The notes under the pieces: generated by a model | The model's database searches: none | The model's input: only the letters and a program-made list of their open reading frames with translations | What the model was told of the DNA's origin: nothing | Source: Synechococcus elongatus PCC 6301 | GTDB taxonomy: Bacteria; Cyanobacteriota; Cyanobacteriia; Synechococcales; Synechococcaceae | Assembly: GCF_000010065.1 (NCBI RefSeq) | Contig: NC_006576.1 | Location: forward strand, 1,170,001-1,202,000 | Length of the DNA: 32,000 nucleotides | Reading direction: 5' to 3' | Program-made: the position numbers and the translations under genes | Part shown: one piece after another, positions 22,385-29,591 of the stretch | Numbering within the stretch: the stretch's first letter is position 1 | Layout: every line of letters starts with the position of its first letter

Positions 22385-22891
22385 TCAGTAACAAGCAATA
22401 ATTTTGAATTTCACAGCAACCTCAGGCGGTAGCATTGCTGCAATTAAATGGCATCTTTCGCCATACCATTCTCTACAGTTTAAGGATGTATTGTTAAATC
22501 TTTTTCTTGAGTATCGTGTATCTTCTGCATGGAATCGAATTAACTGATCAGCGATGCAAGCTGCTTCTTCTAAGAAGTAATTTTCTTGGCGTTCTTTCCG
22601 TTGTTGCTGCTTGAATATGGAAGGCCGATTATGAGGTGATTTAGGCCAAGAATTAAGTTTTTCCTTCAAGTTTTCTACTTCCCTGAGATGGCAATTAATT
22701 TTTTTGTTATCTTGGGCACGAAATAATAGGACTTGAGGATTAGGACAAGCAGTAACGGTTAAATGTGACTGCCCCCCTAAAATAGAGTATCTAGAAGAAC
22801 TTTTCTTCCCCTGTTCTTTCCTAGAATCGGAGCCCGAGAGAAGAGGTGAACTACGTGGAGTAGGTAAAGTTGATCGTACCGGCAAAGACAT
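22385..22891 (-). CDS. Hypothetical Cys/His-containing protein, or the frameshifted C-terminal half of the CoiA-like gene
   Basis: The frame of ORF 22385-23143 is open. Its first ATG at 22891 overlaps the end of the upstream CoiA-like ORF by 41 nt. AT-rich, no HIP1. No domain recognised. Confidence 0.4.
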   Translation of the reverse strand: MSLPVRSTLPTPRSSPLLSGSDSRKEQGKKSSSRYSILGGQSHLTVTACPNPQVLLFRAQDNKKINCHLREVENLKEKLNSWPKSPHNRPSIFKQQQRKERQENYFLEEAACIADQLIRFHAEDTRYSRKRFNNTSLNCREWYGERCHLIAAMLPPEVAVKFKIIACY

Positions 22892-23417
22892 CGAGATCAA
22901 CTGCAGCTTGGCGGTTTTCTGGGGTATCTGCAGCACCACCAAGGAACCATAAAACATCTGCAGAGATACTGTAGTAGTCTTGGGTTCGTTGATAGATATC
23001 TGCAGCTTCAATTTTGGCAAGTTGACATTCACCAATAATTCGATAGCCCGTCGAGAAAACGACTGCAACATCTGCAATTCGACCATTCTTTCCAGCTTCT
23101 GAAATTGGATGTTCAATTTCAATAAACGCTTCTTGGGCATCAATCATCCCCTTATAAACTTCTTGAAAGTACTTACTGATTTCCAACTTTCCTTGCAAGT
23201 GCTCTGGAGATTCCGGATGATGTTCCATTACTGTGGTGCAAGGATGAGTATGAACAAAGTGCAATGAGGTATTTTGTCTCTTTCTGGGAAACATTAATGT
23301 TTGACAGAAAGGACAAAAAAGTCTTCCTTTGGGAAAATTTTTTCTGATTTCAAGGACTGACTTAAAATCTGTCGCAAGGACTATGCTACCCTGTTGATCT
23401 TTTGCTTTGAAAGGCAT
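22851..23417 (-). CDS. CoiA-like competence-family nuclease (PD-(D/E)xK), N-terminal zinc ribbon plus nuclease core
   Basis: CPFC...LHFVHTHPC, ESPEHLQGK, IEIEH, RIADVAVV, GECQLAKIEAADIYQRTQDY and VLWFLGG match my memory of the CoiA-like family pattern (CPxC, HFxH, ESxEH, D...ExQ, Rt..Y, W.lg). ATG 23417 is preceded by AAGGAA. Confidence 0.65.
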   Translation of the reverse strand: MPFKAKDQQGSIVLATDFKSVLEIRKNFPKGRLFCPFCQTLMFPRKRQNTSLHFVHTHPCTTVMEHHPESPEHLQGKLEISKYFQEVYKGMIDAQEAFIEIEHPISEAGKNGRIADVAVVFSTGYRIIGECQLAKIEAADIYQRTQDYYSISADVLWFLGGAADTPENRQAAVDLDVFAGTINFTYST

Positions 23418-23580
23418 GATCAAATCTATTCCTTTATTGATACTTCTCGTTTAGAGAGTCAGTATAGTCTTCTTGTAAATCCTGATCACTAGAAGTTGTT
23501 CCATGGCTTTTATCAATCCCCCCTAGTCCAGTCAACGTACCAAGAGTAATAGCCTATTTACGAGTTGGGGTCTGTTTTTG

Positions 23581-23670
23581 CTAAAGAAACACTGCAAAGT
23601 GCAGGATTTCATTGATCTCCTCTTCAGGTATTGTCTGGATCAGCTGATAGAGCTTTTCAGTAGCAGTCAT
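23581..23670 (-). pseudogene. 29-codon mini-ORF resembling the N-terminus of DUF2281-type antitoxin-like proteins, ended by TAG
   Basis: My own translation: MTATEKLYQLIQTIPEEEINEILHFAVFL*. Reading through the TAG would continue QKQTPTRK*. The pattern L..IP.EE..E.L.F..FL is as I remember for DUF2281. Confidence 0.25.
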
Positions 23671-23729
23671 AGATTGCAGCGCATAAGAGATCTATATTCT
23701 GAGCAATCTCGACGGATCAAGCGATTGAG

Positions 23730-24035
23730 CTATCGGCGGCGATGCTTGGGGGGATCGTGGCGATCGTAGAAATCGGGTGGATGGCGGCGTACCCATTTCA
23801 GAAAACGCTGGATTTCGGGATGCGATCGCAGGCGATCGGGTGTGTTGTAGAACAGCGCTAGCTCCTGTTCAGTGAACAGGGAATGGATTTTACGGTGACA
23901 AATTTGATGGATGTACTGCCATTCCTTGCCACCATGACTTCGAGGCAAAAAGTGATGGCGATCGACAAACCGATCCTTCCAGAGGGGCCGATCGCAGAGC
24001 GGACAAGGACCTAAATCTTGAGGCGCTGCGGACAT
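23730..24035 (-). CDS. Small HNH endonuclease
   Basis: CPLC...DRHHFLPRSHGG...IHQICHRKIH (HNH plus zinc ligands). GC-rich with HIP1-like sites, so it looks native. Confidence 0.8.
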   Translation of the reverse strand: MSAAPQDLGPCPLCDRPLWKDRFVDRHHFLPRSHGGKEWQYIHQICHRKIHSLFTEQELALFYNTPDRLRSHPEIQRFLKWVRRHPPDFYDRHDPPKHRRR

Positions 24036-24049
24036 GGAGCGATCGCGGT

Positions 24050-24805
24050 TTAGCTGTCGTAGGGATTACTGGGTGGGCTGATCGGTTGGACTTGCCGGGC
24101 CGCAATCACGACTTGCTTTTTGCCCGCTACAGTCTCCGCTTGCATCACGCCCTGCACCGACAACCATTGATCGACGGGATAGGACTGGCGATCGCCTGCG
24201 GGAAGCCGCACAGGAAGTCCCAAGGGATAGGCATCGGCGGCACAACAAGTCAGGGTAAAGCGAGCAACCAAAAGATAGTTACTCGGCAGTTCAGGTGGAT
24301 GCATGGCAAAGCCAGTCACGTTCACCCGCTGGCCGACATAGGCCGACGGCTCTGGATAGACATTGAGGGTGCGCACCCAGTCGGTAATTGTCCGTTCCTC
24401 CGGCCGCTGGCTGCTGCGAAACGCCTGCGGTCGACTGCGGCTATAGCCCGTTAAGTCTGCGAGGTCGCGATCGCGTGCCAGATCATTGGCAAACACCCGC
24501 GGCGGAATGATAAAGCCGGCGACCGCCACCAGCAACAGCAGACCAATACTCAGCCGACGGGGCAACAGGGCCGAATGGGACGCCTGCGGGAAAGGGCGCT
24601 GGGATTTCAGTTGCCAGCCCCGCGCGATCGCCATCCCCAAAAATGCGATCGCTGTAAACACTGTCAGAGCTTGGTAGGCCGGGTGAATTAAAAGATTGAG
24701 GTCGCCCCGCAGCCAATAGAGCAGCAGCAGTCCCCCCCAAGCCGCCAGGCTCAGGCAGTCTAGCCAAGGCAAGAGCGCAACAGAAGTCAGACGCCGAAGA
24801 ACCAT
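24050..24805 (-). CDS. TIGR03943/DUF1980-family membrane protein (putative permease partner subunit)
   Basis: TM helices in the N-terminal part and a C-terminal domain with FTLTCCAADAYPLGLPV (the CCxxDA motif I associate with DUF1980). Sits directly downstream of a UPF0718 permease, the usual pairing. Confidence 0.7.
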   Translation of the reverse strand: MVLRRLTSVALLPWLDCLSLAAWGGLLLLYWLRGDLNLLIHPAYQALTVFTAIAFLGMAIARGWQLKSQRPFPQASHSALLPRRLSIGLLLLVAVAGFIIPPRVFANDLARDRDLADLTGYSRSRPQAFRSSQRPEERTITDWVRTLNVYPEPSAYVGQRVNVTGFAMHPPELPSNYLLVARFTLTCCAADAYPLGLPVRLPAGDRQSYPVDQWLSVQGVMQAETVAGKKQVVIAARQVQPISPPSNPYDS

Positions 24806-24815
24806 GAAAACCGTG

Positions 24816-25823
24816 TCAATTCAAGTAAAAGTTGACTGCGAGGCAGAGCAAAAAGGTCATCACCGTCGTAAGTCCAAAGAGATAGATCACTGCCCTCGGG
24901 CGAAACACCGTCAGCAGCATACCAATGCCCTTGAGGTCGACCATTGGACCCAGCACGAGAAAGGCTAAAAGCGCACCACTCGTAAAGACGCTTGCGAAAG
25001 CAAGGGCAAAAAAAGCATCTACCGTCGAGCAGATCGAAACCACCGTTCCCAGCACCAGCATGGCGATCACCGAAGTGACAGGGCCTTGCCCGAGGCTCAG
25101 GATTAACTCGCGGGGTGCAAAGGTCTGAATCAGGGCAGCAACGGCACTCCCCAAAATCAGAACGCCCCCTAGATCACGCAGTTCCTGCAGCGTGTTGTCC
25201 AAGGCGAGGCTTAGCTTTGGCCACAAGCCAGCCGGAACCGCTAGTTCACTGACGATCGCACTTTCCAACGCGATCGAGGCCGCAGGCTGACTGCCCTGCC
25301 CCAAAAAGAAGGTACCGCGCTGGAGCAAGGCCGGTTGGTCATTAGTGGGACGCGGACAAGTCAACTCCAATAAGTCTGCGGTGCGGCGCTGCAGAATGGG
25401 ACGCAAATCCTTTTGGGCACTGAACACCCAACCCACCAACGTGGCAATAATCATCGTGAACAAAACCCGCAACACCACAATTTCGGGCTGATCGCGAAAG
25501 GCCACCCACGTTGACCAAATCACAATCGGGTTAATCACCGGTGCTGCGAGCAAAAAACCCATCGCGACCGCCGGCGGAGCTCCTTGAAGAATGAGGCGGC
25601 GAGTCACAGGGACATTGCCACACTCACAAGCCGGAAAGAGGAATCCGACAAGACTGCCCGCTAAAGCCCCCCCCAAAGGATTCTTAGGCAAAATCCGCAG
25701 CAGGGCTTTCTCGTTGGTAAAACAGAGCAGCAAACTTGAGAGAAAGACCCCCAGCAACAAAAACGGTAAAGCCTCTACCAACAAACTCAGGAACAGGGTA
25801 AAGGCGTTGTAGAAACGGGTCAT
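24816..25823 (-). CDS. UPF0718/DUF318-family permease
   Basis: 335-aa polytopic membrane protein with LVEALPFLLLGV and PACECGNVP motifs, typical of this permease family. Confidence 0.8.
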   Translation of the reverse strand: MTRFYNAFTLFLSLLVEALPFLLLGVFLSSLLLCFTNEKALLRILPKNPLGGALAGSLVGFLFPACECGNVPVTRRLILQGAPPAVAMGFLLAAPVINPIVIWSTWVAFRDQPEIVVLRVLFTMIIATLVGWVFSAQKDLRPILQRRTADLLELTCPRPTNDQPALLQRGTFFLGQGSQPAASIALESAIVSELAVPAGLWPKLSLALDNTLQELRDLGGVLILGSAVAALIQTFAPRELILSLGQGPVTSVIAMLVLGTVVSICSTVDAFFALAFASVFTSGALLAFLVLGPMVDLKGIGMLLTVFRPRAVIYLFGLTTVMTFLLCLAVNFYLN

Positions 25824-25895
25824 CGCAAGCGGGGGGGCAGGCTGCCGCCATTCTATCGGCTCCCCTTGCTTTGCTACGATTTGGGGTGTTTGTTT

Positions 25896-25969
25896 GGGGC
25901 TGTAGCTCAGCTGGATAGAGCAAGCGCCTCCTAAGCGCTAGGCCGCGCGTTCAAATCGCGCCAGTCCCG
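25896..25969 (+). tRNA. tRNA-Arg (anticodon CCU)
   Basis: Hand-folded cloverleaf: acceptor GGGGCTG/CAGTCCC (one G-U), D stem GCTC/GAGC, anticodon stem AGCGC/GCGCT with loop CT-CCT-AA, 5-nt variable loop, T arm GCGCG-TTCAAAT-CGCGC, discriminator G. CCA is not encoded. Confidence 0.9.
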
Positions 25970-25988
25970 TTCGATCGGTGCCTGCCGA

Positions 25989-26011
25989 GGGCGATCGCTA
26001 AGCGATCGCCC
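25989..26011. terminator. Perfect 10-bp hairpin made of two inverted HIP1 copies between tRNA-Arg and the convergent 402-aa gene
   Basis: GGGCGATCGC-TAA-GCGATCGCCC. No U-run on either side, so a terminator role is only presumed. Confidence 0.35.
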
Positions 26012-26039
26012 CAGTCCTTGATCAATGAGACGCCCCCTA

Positions 26040-27248
26040 CTAGGTTAACGAGGGCAGAAACACCGAGAGATCCTCTGAATCCACTGCAGTCCAGCGATGA
26101 CTCAAGCGATCGCCGTGGAGTGTATTTAAAGGATCCGTGGCGGCATTGTGAATCAGCACTTTCTTGATGAAGGATGCTTCATCCATCACTTTGTTTGTTG
26201 CTTGCCGCCAACGTTGGAAGGCGATCTGGGCATACCAAATCCGCCCATCGATCGGAGCCAGTGTCCCAATCGAAAAGCCTTGACGGATCACGGGTCGCAG
26301 GCATGGCAAATACTGTTGAATCGCAGCAGTCATGGAAGCGCCCGCCTGCTGCTTGAGGACGTCTAAGTGGACTTGGGGGCTATGCCAAGGCGCGAGGGCA
26401 ATCAAATCCGTCAGAATTTTGACATGGGCTTGGGCAATCAGCTGCGGATCGGCAAGCGGTCTGATTTTGTAGGTTTTGATCTGGGGATCGTCCCCCTGAC
26501 GCATCCCATGAATCAGCAAGCAGCCATCGTCACTGGCTTGGAATCGAGCATCCCGCAGCACTTCCAGAAAAGGACGTCGCCCCGTTAGAACCACGATCGC
26601 GATCGCGGCATCGTAGGTCAGCTGAATCCTCGGCACCATTGTCATCACTGGGTTCAAGGCCTGCGGATCAGGACTGCTAGCCTCTGTCAGAGGAGGAATG
26701 CGCAGTGAAGCCACCGTCTGGCGATGCGATTGCTGGCCTAGGTACTCCTTCAGGGTAGAAACCGCTTTGGCCACCAGAAACTGACAAACAGAGGGCGGCA
26801 CTGGAATGCGGGGTTGAGGTTCTTCGAGAGGCCCTAGCTCCTGAGTCGGCAGAGAGCTCGCCCGAACAACGTCCCGCGCTGTCCCCAAAGACTGGACATA
26901 GGTGGTCAGCCAAGTGCAGGGTTCATCGGTAATGGGAATGCGATTGACATTCGAGTGCGGGGTCAGCTGTTCCCAATAGCTCGAACGATTGAGTTCAGGG
27001 CTGCTGGGGAACCAAATCCAGCCTCGGGCCGCTAGTTCCTGTCTGACTTGATTGCGGAGCGTGCTCTGGTAGCGAGTTAGTGTGATGTCATCAACACTGT
27101 TGTCAACCCAGCTTTTGACGATGCTTGCGCAGTATTGACAGGCTCGTTTCTTGGCGCCGGCATCGCTTTTATTCCAGTATTCTCCCCAGGCATCACAAAT
27201 AGTATTGACAATAGTCTTAAACTGATTTTCAAGCTGCTGATCATTCAT
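26040..27248 (-). CDS. Hypothetical protein with tyrosine-recombinase/protelomerase-like core motifs but no candidate catalytic tyrosine
   Basis: 402-aa ORF. AIAIVVLTGRRPFLEVL (aa 215-231) resembles the Arg-I box; K258/K261 lie in DPQIKTYKIRPL; GRIWYAQIA (aa 335-343) resembles box II R..YA; LIHNAAT has H367. There is no Tyr after residue 339. Confidence 0.55.
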   Translation of the reverse strand: MNDQQLENQFKTIVNTICDAWGEYWNKSDAGAKKRACQYCASIVKSWVDNSVDDITLTRYQSTLRNQVRQELAARGWIWFPSSPELNRSSYWEQLTPHSNVNRIPITDEPCTWLTTYVQSLGTARDVVRASSLPTQELGPLEEPQPRIPVPPSVCQFLVAKAVSTLKEYLGQQSHRQTVASLRIPPLTEASSPDPQALNPVMTMVPRIQLTYDAAIAIVVLTGRRPFLEVLRDARFQASDDGCLLIHGMRQGDDPQIKTYKIRPLADPQLIAQAHVKILTDLIALAPWHSPQVHLDVLKQQAGASMTAAIQQYLPCLRPVIRQGFSIGTLAPIDGRIWYAQIAFQRWRQATNKVMDEASFIKKVLIHNAATDPLNTLHGDRLSHRWTAVDSEDLSVFLPSLT

Positions 27249-27634
27249 AGTTCAAGCAATTAAAGTAATCTGAATTCAGAGAATTTGAAATAGAGTATAT
27301 TCGCTATTAGATGACTTGCAGGCACAGTCAGTACCTATGCAACAAAAATCAATCTCAGTGAGAAGCCGGTCTTATATTTAGCCAACGATCAAAATTTATG
27401 TGCTGTGAACAGCTGATTGATCTCTCATCAGCGCCTGCCGCTAGGGCCGTCATCGACTCCACTCAGAACCCTCTGTGCTGATCACCCCGGCTATCACTGC
27501 ATTCGAGCTTTAGGCCAAGCCATTGGAAGGTCGCCCAAAGTCAACTGTGGCGCTACTTGAATTGGGCTCCATGACTTATCAGCGCCGACAGTCGACATCT
27601 CTAGTCAAATGGCTTCGGGGCAGGTGATGCTGCC

Positions 27635-28333
27635 TCAAGCCAAGTCTAGAAGGGCGTAGCGACCAAACATTGCGGCCGGCACTTGAACTCGCCAAGCCCA
27701 GAGCTGATCGCCAAAGGAAAAATGCCACCATTCGTTGGGATGGCGCACAAAGCCAGCAGCAGTCATCACCTGATTCAGTAAGTCGCGGTTTTGATGGGCG
27801 ACAGGCGATCGCCCTAGGAAGTAGTCGGGATAAGAGCGATCGCTGGGCTCATCGATGGGAGAACCCATATCCAGCAGCTGACCGCTGGCATCGACGATTG
27901 TGAGATCAACGGCTGCGCCGGTGCTGTGGGGCGGCGGTTGCTTCGGATCCTCATTCGGTACCGCCCAAAAGGTGTAGACCTGCTCATTCACAACCCCTAA
28001 GGTGGATGGATCAACGTCTTCCTCGGTCAAGCCTTGATCCGCAAGCAGTTGCTGGCGTGTGTAGTCGACCATAAATTGCTGCACACTCAGCGGTCGATAG
28101 GCATCAAAAATTTGGAGCCGATAGCCAGGCTTGAGCAGGGTCAGCTGGGCTTGAGCCCGCAATAAGCGACCAAGAACCGAGGCACGCAGCCAAAAGGGCG
28201 ATCGCTCGGCGTAGTTGGCTCCCAGGGCTGAGTAGGGATGAGGGTCGATCAAAGCAAAGCGATCGCCCGGAATCGGCAATAACGGCTCGCGGTTTTCTTC
28301 GATCGCAATCTTCAGCCAAGGTTTAGGCGACAT
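27635..28333 (-). CDS. D-alanyl-D-alanine dipeptidase (VanX/DdpX, M15D family)
   Basis: IFDAYRP, PHSTGAAVDL (SxHxxGxAxD) and HPNEWWHFSFG motifs; 232 aa. Confidence 0.85.
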   Translation of the reverse strand: MSPKPWLKIAIEENREPLLPIPGDRFALIDPHPYSALGANYAERSPFWLRASVLGRLLRAQAQLTLLKPGYRLQIFDAYRPLSVQQFMVDYTRQQLLADQGLTEEDVDPSTLGVVNEQVYTFWAVPNEDPKQPPPHSTGAAVDLTIVDASGQLLDMGSPIDEPSDRSYPDYFLGRSPVAHQNRDLLNQVMTAAGFVRHPNEWWHFSFGDQLWAWRVQVPAAMFGRYALLDLA

Positions 28334-29591
28334 GACTTGGCCTCCGCCAGCGTTGCCAGCGCAGCCGCAGCCGCGTCATCACCGACAGCCAAAAGAACCG
28401 CCCGAGCCGGCGGCCTAAGCGCTGGAAACGGTAGTCAAACAAAATCGCCATTAGGTCATCGGTGGACAGGGCGCAGCACCAGCGGACGATGCGATCGATT
28501 TTGGCATCGGAATCCTGCAGGTATTTCTTCATGCCCAGACGGAGACTGAGTGTCCAGAGGCGATCGAAACGGCGACGAATTTGTTGTTCATAACTGGAGA
28601 GATCAGGTACCGTTCCCTGAAGCCAAGCATCGAGGACTTGCGCAGCGCGATCAGCACTTTCCAAGCCATGGCGAATACCCTCACCGCCGAGGAAATTGAT
28701 CGCCGAAACCGCATCCCCGATCCCCAGAATTGAGGCTTGCACATGGCGATCGCAGCGATCGCCGCTGTAGTCAATGGCGGCACCATGCACATCAACCAGC
28801 CGATAGTCTGGGCACTGCACCTGCTCCGTCAGCAGTAGATCAATGTAGTGCCGGAGTGGTTGGTCAGGCTTGAGAAAACGGTGATCGCCATGGAACCAGC
28901 AGGCCCCAACCTTAAGCCGGCCCGATTGCATCGGAAAAATCCAGCTATAGCCTTTGGGCAACCAATGATGGCCAAGGTAGAAGTGCAAGGCATCCGCGAA
29001 GCGCTGATAGACCGTCTCAGGCACTTCAATCAGGTACTCAATGCCGACACCCCGAAGGTAATCGGGCCGAGGCTCCGCCGCTGTGTAGATCACCTTGCGG
29101 GCTGAACCCGTAGCATCAACTACGGCTCGACTCGTGACCCAGCGATCGCTTGAGGTTAGGCGATCGCGGAACCGGATCTGCCAACGACCATCGGTCAGTT
29201 GCTGGCGATCGCGATATTGCCAACCCAGCCGCACTGAGCCACCGTGGGTGGTTGTTTCCTCAGCGAGGAACTGGCGCAACGCCGCAAAGTCGAGAACACA
29301 CCCCAGCGAGCGAGCGCTCTTCCAGGTATGGTCCTCTCGTGTTGTCACTACCCGGAGCTGAGACCAACGACTACCGATAACGCGATCGGGTAGTTGAAAG
29401 CGATCGAGGGTTTCAAGAGGGGTGCCACCACTCGAAAAGTCATGATCAGTCCAGGTCTTGAGCTGATCGACCAGCAAGACTGTCCGTCCTGCTTGAGCAA
29501 GCCGACGAGCGCATTGCCCACCAGCCGGGCCGGCCCCAACAACGACGACATCAAAGGTCTCAGAAGCCGCAGTCACGATCGCGCTACTCAA
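28323..29591 (-). CDS. FAD-dependent oxidoreductase, geranylgeranyl-reductase-like family
   Basis: N-terminal Rossmann motif [23 protein letters not shown] and a later [15 protein letters not shown]. The start is TTG 29591 (overlapping the dxs stop as TTGA) or GTG 29576. The 3' end overlaps the dipeptidase start by 11 nt. Confidence 0.75.
   Translation of the reverse strand: MSSAIVTAASETFDVVVVGAGPAGGQCARRLAQAGRTVLLVDQLKTWTDHDFSSGGTPLETLDRFQLPDRVIGSRWSQLRVVTTREDHTWKSARSLGCVLDFAALRQFLAEETTTHGGSVRLGWQYRDRQQLTDGRWQIRFRDRLTSSDRWVTSRAVVDATGSARKVIYTAAEPRPDYLRGVGIEYLIEVPETVYQRFADALHFYLGHHWLPKGYSWIFPMQSGRLKVGACWFHGDHRFLKPDQPLRHYIDLLLTEQVQCPDYRLVDVHGAAIDYSGDRCDRHVQASILGIGDAVSAINFLGGEGIRHGLESADRAAQVLDAWLQGTVPDLSSYEQQIRRRFDRLWTLSLRLGMKKYLQDSDAKIDRIVRWCCALSTDDLMAILFDYRFQRLGRRLGRFFWLSVMTRLRLRWQRWRRPSHVA

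Noticed and set aside
23578-23769. 63-aa plus-strand ORF in the AT-rich insert
   Set aside because: It overlaps the 3' end of the HNH gene in antisense and has an Arg/Ser/Leu-rich junk-like sequence. The minus-strand mini-ORF has at least a recognisable pattern.
25833-25839. G7 homopolymer between the permease start and tRNA-Arg as a possible phase-variation tract
   Set aside because: It is a single short run in a non-coding spacer with no evidence of a promoter-spacing role, so too speculative.
25684-25923. 79-aa minus-strand ORF spanning the permease start and tRNA-Arg
   Set aside because: It overlaps a well-folded tRNA gene in antisense and the permease N-terminus out of frame, so it is spurious.
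25980-27449. Treating GCCTGCCG..AGGGC at 25980-25993 and 27433-27449 as proven attL/attR sites
   Set aside because: The match is only 8+5 bases with different spacing, and it does not include the tRNA 3' end as classic tRNA-targeting elements do. It is mentioned in a finding as weak evidence only.
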